A stretch of 64,000 bases of DNA from Ophelia neglecta (Eukaryota): assembly GCA_965285935.1 (NCBI GenBank), contig OZ260665.1, forward strand, positions 59,272,001 through 59,336,000, in the 5' to 3' direction. Below the pieces are notes generated by a model. That model was not told where the DNA came from. It did not search any database and saw only the letters and a program-made list of their open reading frames with translations. Positions 24,629 through 38,300 of the stretch are shown one piece after another; position 1 is the stretch's first letter; each line of letters opens with the position of its first letter. Position numbers and translations under genes: made by a program.

Positions 24629-27600
24629 CTGAAATGAAAGAGCGCATTATTGGTAAAAATATGTCAACTTTAGTATAAACGCAACCCAAGGAACTCACGT
24701 TTATGTGGTTTCTCACGTTAAATCTTGATTTGTCCAAATTAATATGCCCACCGAGTGATTTATATACTATTAGAGAAAATACGCGGGCTCGGTCTATGTA
24801 GGAATATTAGCTCTTCTTTTCATACATGTCTACGCTATAGGCCTTTTTTTGTTGGATATGTGTCATGCTTTACGTGTGAAATAGGTCTATGCAATGGTAG
24901 TAATAGGGAGTGCCATGACAGGTGACAATGATATTAAGGTGCAACATGTTTGCTCAATGCCGGAACTTATTTTTATTTTTAAGGCGAAAATCAGCTTTTC
25001 CTCAATGCCATGCTACATTCCGCTGATATTACAAATATTTTAAAATCAACCTGTTCAAATGAGACCCCTACACCAAGCCCAGATTATACCCACTCTCTCC
25101 TTATATCTACTACTTGTAATCTTCTAATTGTACTACATGTATTCTTATTCAGGTATCGTGTTTGATATGGGAAGCTAACAAATGCACATCGGTAAACCTT
25201 TTTCCTCCTGAGATTCTCTATCAGACAGTGATTAACAATGACTGCCGTTTTCCCGTGAAGAAAGGGTTCTATTTTTATGAACAGCCAGACATACACTTTT
25301 TGTAATTGATACTTATCATGTGGTGGTTATTTGTACTGACAAGCAAGCAATACACAGGCCTCTAATCCTAACCACGCACGCATGAAGTTAGAGATATAGT
25401 AAATCATAAAGGACCATTTGATGTAGCTACTTAGACGTCTGACATTGGACCCAAGTACCAACAATAGCCGATTATATCACATATGTTAATTTAACACGCC
25501 TAGACTTAGTCCAGAATGATTTCTTAATACTTTTTAACAATAGCCCCACAGTCAAACATTTTGTATTGGTAGAACCAATCAATGTTTCTCAAGGATATCG
25601 CGCACGAAGAAGTCCCCAACCTAATGCGCCACTACGAGAGTTCAACCGTCAGACATGCAGTAGTCGTGGGTAGGGTTTGGAGATTGAGCACGCTCGAGGG
25701 ACAAGGACGAGGGAGCCTCGGTGATAGAGCGGAGGCAATGGCTTCTTTTACCTGAACGTGGACCCATATCTGTGTCAGTAAACTTGTATCAGACCAACTG
25801 AACAGCCAAGCTCGAGGAACGTTAAAGTCGATGTTTTAGGGGTGGCTATCACACGTATGCAGGTCTTTTCAACTCGCTGAGCAAGGAAGAAAAACACGGC
25901 GTGGACAAAATTGAAAAGGTTTGGCAAAGAAAAGAGAAAAACAAGCTAGAAATGTTCCAGCTTGTGAAGGCTAGGACAAGAAGAAATGAAAAAAAAAGAT
26001 ATTAGATTCGTATTCTTGTAATAAAGTGCAAAAAAAACGCCTTCGTGTACATTCGTAATGTGATGACGTACTGCCCAACAGAAGTAAATTGTTAAATTTT
26101 TACGTAGGTTCCACGATACACGCTCGTTTTATACTAACACGCCAAAGTCAAGGTTTTTCAAATTCCGTTTACAACTCACGTGCGGCAAGAAGTTCCCAAA
26201 TTAATGATCAAGTGTTGACTGTAGGGCTCTAGCGCGTGTCTACCCGATGACCGTGCGTTCGATAAAAACAGACATGCTCAACAATTATAGGTATTTTCAT
26301 GTGGTCCAAAAAAAGATAACTTTGATTGATTCGACTGGGTTGCAGAATCATCCATTAATTCACTAACACATTGCGGAATGATTAACAGCAGATGGCTGAA
26401 CAGTCTTGCAGGTCTACAACACATCAATAGTCCGTAGTAAAACAGACAGCAAGCATAAATATTTTTTCATAAAGATGAATCGACAGCGGCTTGAATCAAT
26501 TGGCCCAGAACAGACACAGAACCACCAGTCCACTTATTTTTTCTCCATTTATCTCTCTTCGTCTGTTACTGGCCACTGGTTGGCGGAAAGGAAGAGCATC
26601 TTAGTATTCGAGAGACACGTGTCTGGCACGGGTTTTCATCAAGCATCCCTTATGCCCTATAAACGTCTGCTGTAGACGCCGCCCATCCATCGCCCGTACC
26701 TCGTGGCTTGTCGTACTTCCGTGGGGCATTTGCGCAAAGTGGCAGACTCGCCTTGGACATAAGCTATATGTTTTGTTTTTCAAACCAGGTTTCGCTCTGA
26801 TAAGCATCCATCTGTGTTAGCAATAATTTAGGGTAAATAGCAATTTAAACACAGAACACCCTCGCGTTTCTATTTGTTTTGATCATAACAGCTGTAGACT
26901 ATATTTTAAAATAAGTTTACTGCAACAACTAGTCTGTTGCATGATTCGCCACCTCTACATTTGTATGCAAACTTCAACGTTAAAATCACTGCATGTTTCC
27001 CTTTCTATTTGCGAGTTCATGTGTGATTTTGCTTTCAATTTTTGAACATCACGAAGACAGTGAAAAATGCATTGTGACCAAGAGAACCTTAAATAAAAGT
27101 CTGATTTAAAATGAAGCCCGTTCGATGTAGTGATGACGTCATAGAGTGTATCGACAAATCGGTAGGAGAATAAGGAGGGTGATCCGTCTTCATACATCGC
27201 ACGACTTCCGGTCCCGCCGTGGGAAGTAAAAAATGACTCCCGTTGTTGGCGTTCCTCGGATCATCCATCATCATCGGCGTTCGTGAACACTATAGGTCGT
27301 AATTTCGTCTGACATTGCGTGATTTGGTGCATGATCTGGAGGAATTTATTGACGTTTCAACAGAGCTGGGCAATTAAACTACTCAGCGTATTACGACTGA
27401 CCTTGCACGGAGGGAACGACACAACTTCTAGCGGGACCGTAATCGTTAAACAAGTGTATAGAACGGTTACGTAAAGCTTCATGGAACCTAGAGCCCAGAG
27501 TTTGTACTTTTCAGACATTCTTCAAATGGATGGTGATTACAATGGACAAAGGAAACCGCCTTTTCATCATACTGGAGAACTCTTGAGGGGCAGGCGCACT

Positions 27601-29013
27601 TATCACGATATTGCTATGAACTTGCATAAACTGAAAACCTTTTTCATGAAATATGCATACAGTCATACTGACAACAAAGGACTAAAGCACCACCTTACTT
27701 TTGTTTATTGAGTGGAGCATTGATAAATTTTAGTAAGTTACACTATATTTCATTCCTCAACTATTTTCCCTGGAGGATCATTCTGAGCCTTTGTGGGTTG
27801 GTTCAATCGGCACATTCTCTTCAGCTCTGTTGTTTGGTCAGCCTTCTGTCCGTCGCTGCAGTGACTGCTTGTTTGTCCCAAATGGCTTCTTCGTGACTTG
27901 GAGAATCTCTCGCCAAATAGTCGTTATAATGCCGTAATAACCGGGATGGCTGAATCGAAAAGCACTCGTGGCGTTCGCTGAGTGAGAGGGCTGCTCGGAA
28001 AATGCTCTGTGGCGTGCCAGAAATAGGTTCGTGTCTTCAGACTTCCGGTCCACGATTGGACAATTGGCAATGTAAATATCAACAGCGCCGACCAGATATT
28101 GAGGCTCACAAGGCCGAGACCGTCGACTCTGCCACTGTATTGTCTCCAGCATACGTGGGATTGAGGACGAGTTGGCAAGAAAGGAGACAAGGGGGATTTT
28201 AACCCTTCTTATCAAACAACCAGACGCTCACATGTCTTAATCTTAGCCAAAGTTTGCCTGTCATCTCAGACGACACAGACCTGTTTATTGCGCAGTCATT
28301 GACAGGAACTCTATAGAGCATGTGGACGTGAATAGGCCTGGGACATTTAATACTTGGTACATCTTTATAACTAGATAAGTTCTTTGATAGTAATTCCCAA
28401 ATGTTATCATTAAACAATGTTTGACTACCAAGTGCAAGAATGACACAATAACTGCGGACAAATAACATTTCTTCTCATTAGCCAAAAGAGACCCTACGGT
28501 GAGGAGAGAACCTCAGTGTGTTTCCCAATAGAGTGGATTATGCAATATAGTCTTTTACATGAGGATGTACCAGAACGAAAATCCAGCATATTGAAAGCAA
28601 AGTGACAACTAATTCTGATGAATCGTCGCCGTGCCAATTCGGCAAGCATCAACCATATTTCAGATAGGACTGAATTATTGCCTTTTAGAATATGCCAGAT
28701 GTGCACATGAAGGTTACAAGGCAATGATTTATCAGCAGTCCCAAAAGAAGCAGAACGCTGGAGAAGTCCAACTCTTTGCTGTTCGGTTTTGTTTAGGCTA
28801 TACTCCAGTTTTTTCTCTCATATACACGATATTGATCTGTCGAAGCATCTCCAATATAATGTATTGTCTTTCTGATAAAAACATCAAAATGCAGAGACAC
28901 ATCAAAAGAGTGCTACGCAAAGGTGTAATTATTATGACGGTTTCAGACCATTATTTAAATTGATGTTTTAGAAGTGAGAAGTGGATGGTTCATTGACTGA
29001 CGAACGCACTCAC

Positions 29014-29205
29014 CTACACACGGCACAAGCAGACTGCTCCAGTAAGACCCAGAAGCACATCGGATCTGTCGGAGGGATACTTGGGTTCCTGAAAACACGA
29101 ATCCCTCATCACAGCTTGCGTTTGCGAAGAGAACATCATCCTCTATAAAATAGTCCACCTGGCCATTTTTTAAGTCTTCTAAGTCGGGACATCCGGGACC
29201 TATTG
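29014..29205 (-). CDS. SUEL-CUB-CCP receptor exon 5: sushi/CCP domain (CPDLEDLKNG...CDEGFVF.G......C....YWS....PCV)
   Basis: Four Cys plus the conserved NG, C-x-x-G-F and W of a CCP module. Acceptor ccattttcag|, donor g|gtgagt, 192 nt, phase 1->1. A second in-frame acceptor 6 nt downstream (start 29199) is possible. Confidence 0.9.
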
Positions 29206-29410
29206 CTGAAAATGGTTTAAGGAAAAGTAGACCAATATTAAAAGCAATTTATTATCTAAAGATAAATATAGACAAATTAATTAATTAATACATATGGGTG
29301 AATAATGAACAGTGTGCCATGAGCTGTCATGCCAATTTGAATAACAGTCATGGTTTTAATTGTTCAGTGATTTATACTATATCTATAGCAACTTGATTTG
29401 GAAGCCAAAC

Positions 29411-29767
29411 CTTCAAAATATATGAAGAAGCCTCTCTGTGTGAGCGAAGTTTCCCCGGTACTGAACCGGAGTAAGGCCGTATTATCGTCCACGTCGATGA
29501 TCTGTTTGCCCAGCGAACCACAGTCTTTAAAATATACACGATTCCCGGCACTTATTTCTAGATAGTCTGAGCAGCGGGCTGCTTTCTTGACGTCCAGCTC
29601 GAAGTCAAAGATGGTCAGCCGTACTGTTTGTCTCTTCTGCACGGAAATCTTCCAGCGGCATTCGGCGTCCATGTAATACTTTCCAGGGTAGTTTGGGCTA
29701 GAGATGAATCCGCTGTCATATAAGGTGGGACCGTTAGGTCCAAAACACGCCCGGTGTATGGAACGAA
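29411..29767 (-). CDS. SUEL-CUB-CCP receptor exon 4: CUB domain
   Basis: SGFISSPNYPGKY, CRWKI, LTIFDFEL, CSDYLEI, CG and RGFFIYF are canonical CUB motifs. Acceptor tttttatttccag|, donor aag|gtttgg, 357 nt, phase 1->1. Confidence 0.95.
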
Positions 29768-30446
29768 CTGGAAATAAAAAAGGCAAACTATGGGTTAAAC
29801 TTTAAAAGGAATCCAGCAAGAATTGAATCATCGAACTTTTTTATTTTCCTGTGCCGTGTAATGTTCAAAGCTTATCCCAAGCCAGCATGATTTAGAAGAA
29901 ACTTTGTTTTTTCTTTTCTTTTTTTCTGATGGATTGAAAGAGTCGGTACAAGCTTTAATATTTTCTATAACAAATTTGTTCAGGGGCAAACTGCCGCAGG
30001 CCAGTGGTTTGTCTACTCCAAACCGCCCAGCGCGCGCGGTCCTAAACCCCCATACACATATATAAATATATATGTATATATATAGAAGCTTTTTATTCCT
30101 TTACCCACCGTCCTACAGGTGATCTGTTTAATTGATGGTGTAATTACTTGAGCTTCGGGCCGCCTTTTATCATAATAAATCATACCATAGCTAGCTACTC
30201 TATTAGTTAACTGCCATCTCTGGAGAGCTACAATATCAAACAATACCAGTTATGATGGATTTACGACCAAACAGTTTGTCAACTACTCCATACAAGTAGG
30301 CCATGTTAACGAGAAATAATTCCAGTAAAGCTTGTAGAAAAGTAAACCGTATCTAAAAATGTATTGTATTCCTAACTGTCGTGCGTTAGACAAGCTGCAA
30401 AGTAATTTTTGGATTTCTGTTCTTGAAGGGGTTAACTCCCACATAC

Positions 30447-30569
30447 CGGTGAAGGTGCTCGAGTTGCTCTTGGAGGTTGTCGACGAGCGACCTAAATCTG
30501 GAGCCATGACATTGTACGAACTCTCGCCAAGATTCGCCCACTTCACATTAATACACCCGGGTGCCATCA
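30447..30569 (-). CDS. SUEL-CUB-CCP receptor exon 3: putative (cassette) linker exon (VMAPGCINVKWANLGESSYNVMAPDLGRSSTTSKSNSSTFT)
   Basis: Acceptor ttgtttgcctcag|, donor g|gtatgt, 123 nt, symmetric phase 1->1, open in the required frame. No domain homology, so less certain. Confidence 0.6.
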
Positions 30570-32050
30570 CTGAGGCAAACAACAATGCAGTGCTCCCTTG
30601 ATTATTTATATTAGCGTTGGCGACAGTGTATCAGCAATGGCACATTTTACACACTCAATGGAAAGTTTTAAATCAATATTAATTTTGATCGAAGATAAGG
30701 CTGCACGGCCTGACCAGTTCTTGTAAGATGAACACGGCAGGGTCTGAGTCGTGAGATGCCGGACACCGGGACTGTCTTTTACCTGTGTGTCTAGTCGGAA
30801 GGCTCAGATCACAGAACACAAGCAGCCACTGAGCGCCACGTCATTCACCCAATCACTATCAAAAGACCTACAGTCTTATGAACTGTCGACTCTTCCAAAA
30901 CTGATATGTTTATGTGGCCCTGAAGTAATATGGTATCACTTGGCCAATGCTTACACATTATAAATATTAATGGCTTCATCAGCCCCCGTCTTTGACAATT
31001 CTTCATCTAGTCTCGTACAAAGAGAGTATACAGACTCGGCTCCCTTTTCCGTACAATCCAGATATTGTGTTATTGTACCATTTTGCCATGACCGAAACAC
31101 GTTAATGGCCAATTTTCCCTCATTTTTCTATCCCATTAGCGCCACCTGGGACTAATTGTTCATTTTTTAAGTATCAAAAAACGTCTATATGACACCTTTA
31201 CACGTTTAACTACTGTACATATATACGCCTAGATGCAACAATAGGCAGGCATAGGAGCTCATTGGTATAGTAGGTTAATAGGTCGGGTAGTTGAGCATAT
31301 ATAGGGGACCAATGGACACCTGGACCACCGTGAAATTGGTTGACGGTGGTAGGTGGTAGCAGTCGATGGTACAAATGGTAGACGGTTAGAGAGATTGAAA
31401 AAGCTGGCTCGATGTCATATCACGCAAAACCTGACTCGTGCCACTGATTCATAATTCACGGATAGGCGACAACACTGTTTACCACAACGTGGAATTGTGT
31501 GAGGACTAGTCCTTTATTCTGATTAGACCTAGTCGGTTACACCGAAAATTGCCGAGGAGTAGGCAAAACAAAAGCCTCCCTAAGCGACAAAAAGTACAGA
31601 AGAAACACATTTCCATGTCAGCCTATACACGCAAACACTAATAAACAACGCACAGTGTAATCAAAGCCTGGTCATCCCTTCTCATCGCTGTAATTTTTTG
31701 TTTTCTCTCAAAGACCGTATGCGCTTCTGAACGAGGCTCACTTAAGTTTAGTTAAACACAAACTAGAAGAGTCTGGACAGTGGTTGATCTTGATTATTAT
31801 GCTATTCACAGCGGTGATCGCCAAATAATGACACGTGTACAACCATTATTGTTGATCTTGATAACCCAGCCTCACTTTTATGGTGGTCGTGCTGCACGTC
31901 AGCAGCATAAAATATTAACAGAGTGATAACCGTCGAGGCAAACTTTACGTCTTATTATTGCATATACATACACGTCCAGCTATCTTTTTAATTGTGTATT
32001 ATTCATCAGACGAAAAATAGAAACCAAATAAAAGAAATGGAAGTTAATAC

Positions 32051-32344
32051 CTTGCACACATTTGTAAGTGACTCTGAGGAACTCCTCATATCCACAAGGG
32101 TCCCCGAAGAGAGCTGTATTGACCGCCAAAGAACATCGATGTTTCCCTGCGCATCTTCCGTTGAGAGGGAAGTGTACGTCGATGTCACAGTTTCTCTGAT
32201 AGGGTACCAGGCAGCGTACGGCGATACCCGTGTCGTTACGACCGTAACGCGCAGTCTCGAAGACGATGTTCTCGTCCTCCCCGCACGCGATTTCGAACAC
32301 TGTATTGAAGCAAGCGTACTTCTCGATCACAAGGGAACTCCGCA
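32051..32344 (-). CDS. SUEL-CUB-CCP receptor exon 2: SUEL/rhamnose-binding-lectin (Gal_lectin) domain
   Basis: Eight Cys with ARYGR, C.GK..CS, FGDPC and L.VTY.C motifs. Acceptor ttttttgtactttcag|, donor aag|gtatta, 294 nt, phase 1->1. Confidence 0.94.
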
Positions 32345-35300
32345 CTGAAAGTACAAAAAACATCAACAGTTAGGGCCATTTGACAGAGAAAACAGATACT
32401 TGTGAATTCTTTCGTCATCAATCTAATCGGAAAACGTTGACATGCAAATACGTTTGTTCCGTTTTCGTCTTGCATTACATATATTGGCATATATAGTAGA
32501 ATGAATATCACGGCATTCGTTCCCCGAATCTTCAGTATTATTTGAAACAATTCCCAAACGATCTAAAACGGCACAATTGTATTCTTTGCAGCATTAGATT
32601 TATTTTATTTACAGCTAATAATCACGTACGACCTAACAATAATAGCTATATTTCTCATAACAATATTAAAGCAATGAAAACATTGAAGTCAATCTATTTT
32701 CTTTTAACTGGACAAAATGTAATGGATACGTCGCGAAGATATAAGGCCTGGTGTATTCTATGAAAACCCTTATTACGTACATCTGCTTTATTTGGATAAA
32801 TGCAAGAAAAGCCATACCTTGTCCTACATGTGCTTTGATATTTGCTTGATGTGACCTCTCGGGTTAATGGGTATGGCGTGAACGCCTAAGAAAATCCATA
32901 CTATTCATTTAAGAAGATACAGTGGCTATATCGTTATCAAACGTATGACCTTTATTCAATTTACTCCAATGACCCGCAGACATATTCGTCATCGATCCTG
33001 CACAAAGAAAAGCTAACATGCCTACAGTTAGTGGGGACGGTGCAATTAACTGATATGGTTCTCTCAAAGTGCTCTGAGTCAAATACTAATTGGTGGAAAA
33101 CTCTAAATGACGATGGTTTATTATTGGTTGTTTTCACTAGTTTTAGATATTGACCACTCTCTCCACTGATGGTCTGTCTTTCTTGCTCAATGATATTTAA
33201 CATGGCGGACCAAAAACTTTTTAGTTTATATATAAGTCTGGCATTATTATTTTGGCTAGCACAGATCTGGTGTATGATTCATTTGCAAGTGCCATTTAGT
33301 AATAAGGTTTCTCACTTTCATTTAGTATATCGGTATTGAATTCGCATTTAGCTGTTTCATTTTTAGCTATCCTTTTTTCCTAGTGGCTTTTTCACAGACA
33401 ACCTGCCACCATAAAGACTGAGTGAATTTTATCGGTGAGGCATGAAATTGATCATCATGAGAAAGACGTGAAATCACGCGTTAAATGTGCAAATCACGCG
33501 AGATGAATGGTCCACAGGGAATGCTTGGCCTACCAAAATTTACCCTGATCATAGAGAATTTGAAGTCGATAGGGAGAGAGTGTGTAATCATACGTGTGGC
33601 CCGTGATTACGCTCATGAAATCCCCAAATTCTCAACAGAGAACAACAAACAAAGCTATTTGAGCCACAATCAGAGAAACTAACAAATAAAGCCCCGCAGA
33701 AGAGATCGCCTCTCCTGATAAAGACCGACAAGCCATATTAGTGCGAGCGTTTTCCGATCTGGAAATCATCCGATGAATTAAGCATGAGGAGCAGCAGGCA
33801 GTGGCTGGCTTCCTTTTCCTTTACCCAATGGCTGATCTAAAGCTGAAAATTCTAAGGTCGGTTTATACATTTCCTGCTCTGATTGGGAAACTGAGTCAGG
33901 GAAAGTGTGGTCATCGAGGTCCAAGACCTCGAAGGTCATTTAGCCATAAGCAAGCCATTAACTGAAGGAACAGGTTCAGTTTTTTAACAGCAGAATTCAT
34001 AATTGTGACTGTATATTTGAAAAGTTACTAGAATCTGGTTTACATGGCACAAACCTCCATATGGGCGCAAAAAACGGCCCCTGACGATTTTGAACATTCT
34101 CGCTTGATGCAAAAAGCCACAAGAGTCAAAGTGAGTAGTTATTTTCAATATTGAACGACGTAATTTGAAGTAAATATCAATGACAGAATGATATTCGCTT
34201 TATTGTTTTTTGCGTGCTCACTAACTGAGCGGGGTTGTGAGAGTGGGACACGTCTCTAAGCTGATCTCGGGAATTAATAGCTGTCGATCGGGTCTGAGTG
34301 GCTGTGAGGCGTCTTCTAAGGCGCCCTTGATCCTTCTTTGACAGAGGTAAACTACGACTAATCCTCCCCCATCCGCCATTTCTGTGTCCAACCTCAAACT
34401 GACTAATAAATGCTGGCATGTCCTTAATAGCTCATTACAACGTATCACAAATCGTCCTATCAAGGCGCCCAACCGGCAAACGGCCATCACAATCACTCTC
34501 ATCATATCTTTGTCCATTTAGGCGCCTTAACAGTTCTTCAAAAAATTCACTAAGACCTATAGATTTTCATAGGTATTTTGAAATCCAAATATAATTATTG
34601 CGTTCAGTTATTACACAAGACCACTTCAAGGTTAATGGCTTATAAGTTTGACCTTGATTGGTGCAATTAAATAGAATTATACGATTTATCCCAAAAATAC
34701 AATTTTTCTTCAGGAGATTTTTCCGCTCTCTTTCACTCTAGTAGGCCCACCGACAAAAAGTCAGATACATTTTTAAATTTTCTGTTGCCAATTCTGCCAT
34801 GAAGATGGATACAGTAATGGCCTTTTCTTCGCCCAGCTCGAGGTGTATATTTCTACGCTCTAAAATCTGGGTACTTCTTTTCTCTGTTGCTCAACAGACT
34901 GATATTTTTTGTTTCTTTACCAACAATAAAAGTCCTATAGCATCAGAGCAATAAAAAATGTAAGACGGCCCTTAAAAATTCTCTAGACACAGGCTGAGAC
35001 TGGAAATCACCATTGATGAAGCCCAAACGACCCTATTCAAGGGAAGTGGCTCTATTTGCAGAGTGCATTTAACAACGAAGCAGGATAAGTGAGAAATGGC
35101 CAGCCTCTAAACGGGTTAGTCCCGCAGACATGGCAGACGACAACAAGCTACTTCATGGAAACAGGCCATTCTCGGTGAGGTCTGGCCTCAAAGAACGACA
35201 AAATCACTGTCTTTGATATGATAGAGGACGCACATATAAGCATGATGTGAGGCCAATGTTTAATTCACCATACATTGTTGACAACCATGTCTAAACAGTC

Positions 35301-38300
35301 ATATATAGTAGACCGGTCGGAAAAGACACGTTGTCTGCTTGAATTCTACGACCTTCAAACGGAATTCAGCTCCAGTCATTATTATTGTGAAACAAGCCAA
35401 TGAACTACACAAAAGTGTATCATATTCCCTCATCACATCAGAGGCCAGCCAAACGTCATTGGTTCATTGCGTCAAAGAGAAACCAAACTAATTTGGAACA
35501 AACGGAAACGGCCTTGAAACCCCTAAAAGCCCCTAAACGTTCACCAAGGTAAATGGCAGCCAAGATACTTGCAACAAGGAAAGGGGCCTGAAAAACCGAA
35601 GTGTCGTTTTTAGAACGCAAGAAACATCGATAAATTGACATCAATAATACCCGGACTATCGCATGGAACTATCATTTCATTAAAGTGCCCTTCTCTACTA
35701 CCATCTTCGATATTTGAAGGTGCCAGATTGCGATGGCAGTCAAAACCTCATTGATACAGAGGTCGGCTGGTACTTGTATAAGAAGGTAAAGCCGGTATAG
35801 GGCCTTATCTTTGAATTTCGTTCGAAGGGACTAGAGGGGGCTTTCTTCTGCAAACAGACTATCAACGGCAGGTCGAGAAGATTAAACAGGGGAGTCCAAT
35901 CATGTCATAGTGTGAATCCATCACCTAGCTTTCTGTTTGCAGAACGCCTTGCAGGCTACAAATCACCACTCTTATGTCGGCGTGTGATGCGCTACAAATG
36001 GCGAGAATTAGCTGCCATCCATCTTGATTTTTACCGAGGAGTGGCACTTGTATCGGGGCGTTTGGTATCCCCGGGCCCTGACGTAGGATGGCTCGGGGGG
36101 AGGAGCGATGGCCGCCCGGCCGGAGAGGGAGAGAATACACGCTGACGGCCGGGCGATAGCAAGGCCCGGAGCCTCCCCTACAGCACAAAATTACAGCCAT
36201 GCCACCCACGCCGAGTAAAGTGGAAAGAGGTCAAACGAATCGAAATGAGATGTATACGTACCAACAAATGAAAGGTGAAAATGGAACTTTTAAACCCCTA
36301 CCCATCAACGGGAACTTGTGAAACAATTTAATTTATATGTTAAGAAATGCTTACTGACGGTGGCACCAATTTACATTGGACTGCAGTAAATTGTCTTGCT
36401 ATATCGTTTTTTCTTTCCTTTTTTTCACGTGTTATCCTTAATGTGTTAATACTACTAGATACACAGGTCACTATACCAACGCCTGAAAAACAACGCTATA
36501 TGATAACTAAAAGACCAAGTAGTTAATTATAACACCATGAACAAAGCAAAATAAAAAGCCTAACAATTCAATTTATAGCTCAATACCTGCAGTTACTCTT
36601 TTAACCAAAATAACTTTAAATCCAATGTACATGGTCAAGAATTGACCATGAAGCCCGTACCATTATTTTGTCGATATTAAACAATTGATAAGATGATAGA
36701 AACAAGACGGCCAGAGAGGTAATGTCCAGTTAATTAAAAGTGACATACTCCCCGCGCCCCTGAGCCCGTGTGAACATTGTGTATCTAGATAAGATGCCAG
36801 ATATGATCGATTATGATCACATGGCTGATTCCAACCCCCTACGTCCCACCTTATTTCGGGATTGGCAGGTACATTATTGGGTTGACTGATAGCCTGGTAA
36901 ACCTGGTATCTACCTGGCTGGTCAGTTATTACATATCAAGGATGATTAGACCGGCAGATTGATCAAATTGGAGGCAGCATCTACAGAGGGCCGGATTTAT
37001 GATGGGGGTATTGGTGATGGGAAGGGGTGGGCTCTTAGGGCCCATTTTAGAGAGGGGGAAACCCTCTGAGTATAGAACAGCGATTTCAGCTCAGTTGCCC
37101 CCTCCCAAGCTACGCCGTGAGCTGGATGAGTTTGTACTTATTCTTGTACCTATCTGTGATACCCATTCTATACACCTGGCCAAAGGCTCATCGATAATTG
37201 GGTTGTCTTTGTCGATATGACAGGGTGGCGACTCAAGACCTATAGCTGACTGCACACTCACTGAACATCTGTTTGAGCGCTGGTGCCCTGTGATAATACT
37301 GTAAGACCATCCACCTATCATACAAGGCACAGTAACTAACTATCTACCAGCCACACACTGCCAGTTGCCATTGCTCCAAGACAAAGAACAGCTCCTTCTA
37401 GACACAGTATCTTGCTTTCCTGCTCTAACTTCGTCCTTCTGACTATGTGTGTAAATTGGGGGAAAAGATCCTTGTTCTCAGTATCTTCACTATATACGCA
37501 TCGTTATACTGAGTCTTGAATCAGATACTAGCATACAGGACCATAAGACAATGGAAAGAGACTGGGAAAATCAACTGAGATGGCAATTCCTATTATATAT
37601 TTTGCTTTAAACTACCGATTTCAAACATCTTGGAGAAGAATACTATAGTTTACCGGAGCAGTCATTTCCAATGTAAACCTAAAATATGCAACCTAACCCT
37701 ATGTATATTTCAGAAATATTTACGACCATAACCATGTGACAACTGCAATCAATTTGCATTCATACTTAAACAAGTGTTGCTGATATCACCCATGTCTTCG
37801 TGGTAAATGTGCAAGGAGAGTGGCAATAATTTTACAAGCATGGTGGCAATTATTCAATTTAAGGGCTCCTCTTAGCACTTTGATGATGTTCATACGTACG
37901 TTAGTTCAGACAGGTAACATTCATTTTGCAAGGCAGTTGTAATAACAATATATATATGACTATTTCATTTAATATGTGATTTATCAGTTGTGTCCATCTC
38001 TTCGAGACTAAACACAGTGTTGTGTAAAATAGCTGGCTTTCTGATATCCAAACACATATTGTGAAACTAATATGGCGCACAGGCATTTGGGAGGATTTTA
38101 GCCAGGCCGATATAAAGTATTGTCCATATAGATGGACTTAAATCATATCGCGCGACCTGTCCATTTTTCTCACAAGAAAGCTTGACCCACTTTTCTGACG
38201 CGAGGCAGACCGGATATTGTTCCTCTGGGACATAATGGGTGAGCGAGAGGCAAACTTCTGTGTGTATGCGTGGACAATCCAAATGATTGATGCAATTCTT

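Noticed and set aside
26955-28215. Minus-strand ORFs (27838-28215, 27089-27274, 26955-27197) as receptor exons
   Set aside because: No recognisable domain and no phase-compatible strong splice sites. The CCP exon joins the stalk exon cleanly without them.
31320-31430. Possible extra exon between the lectin and linker exons
   Set aside because: Stop codon immediately in the required phase-1 frame.
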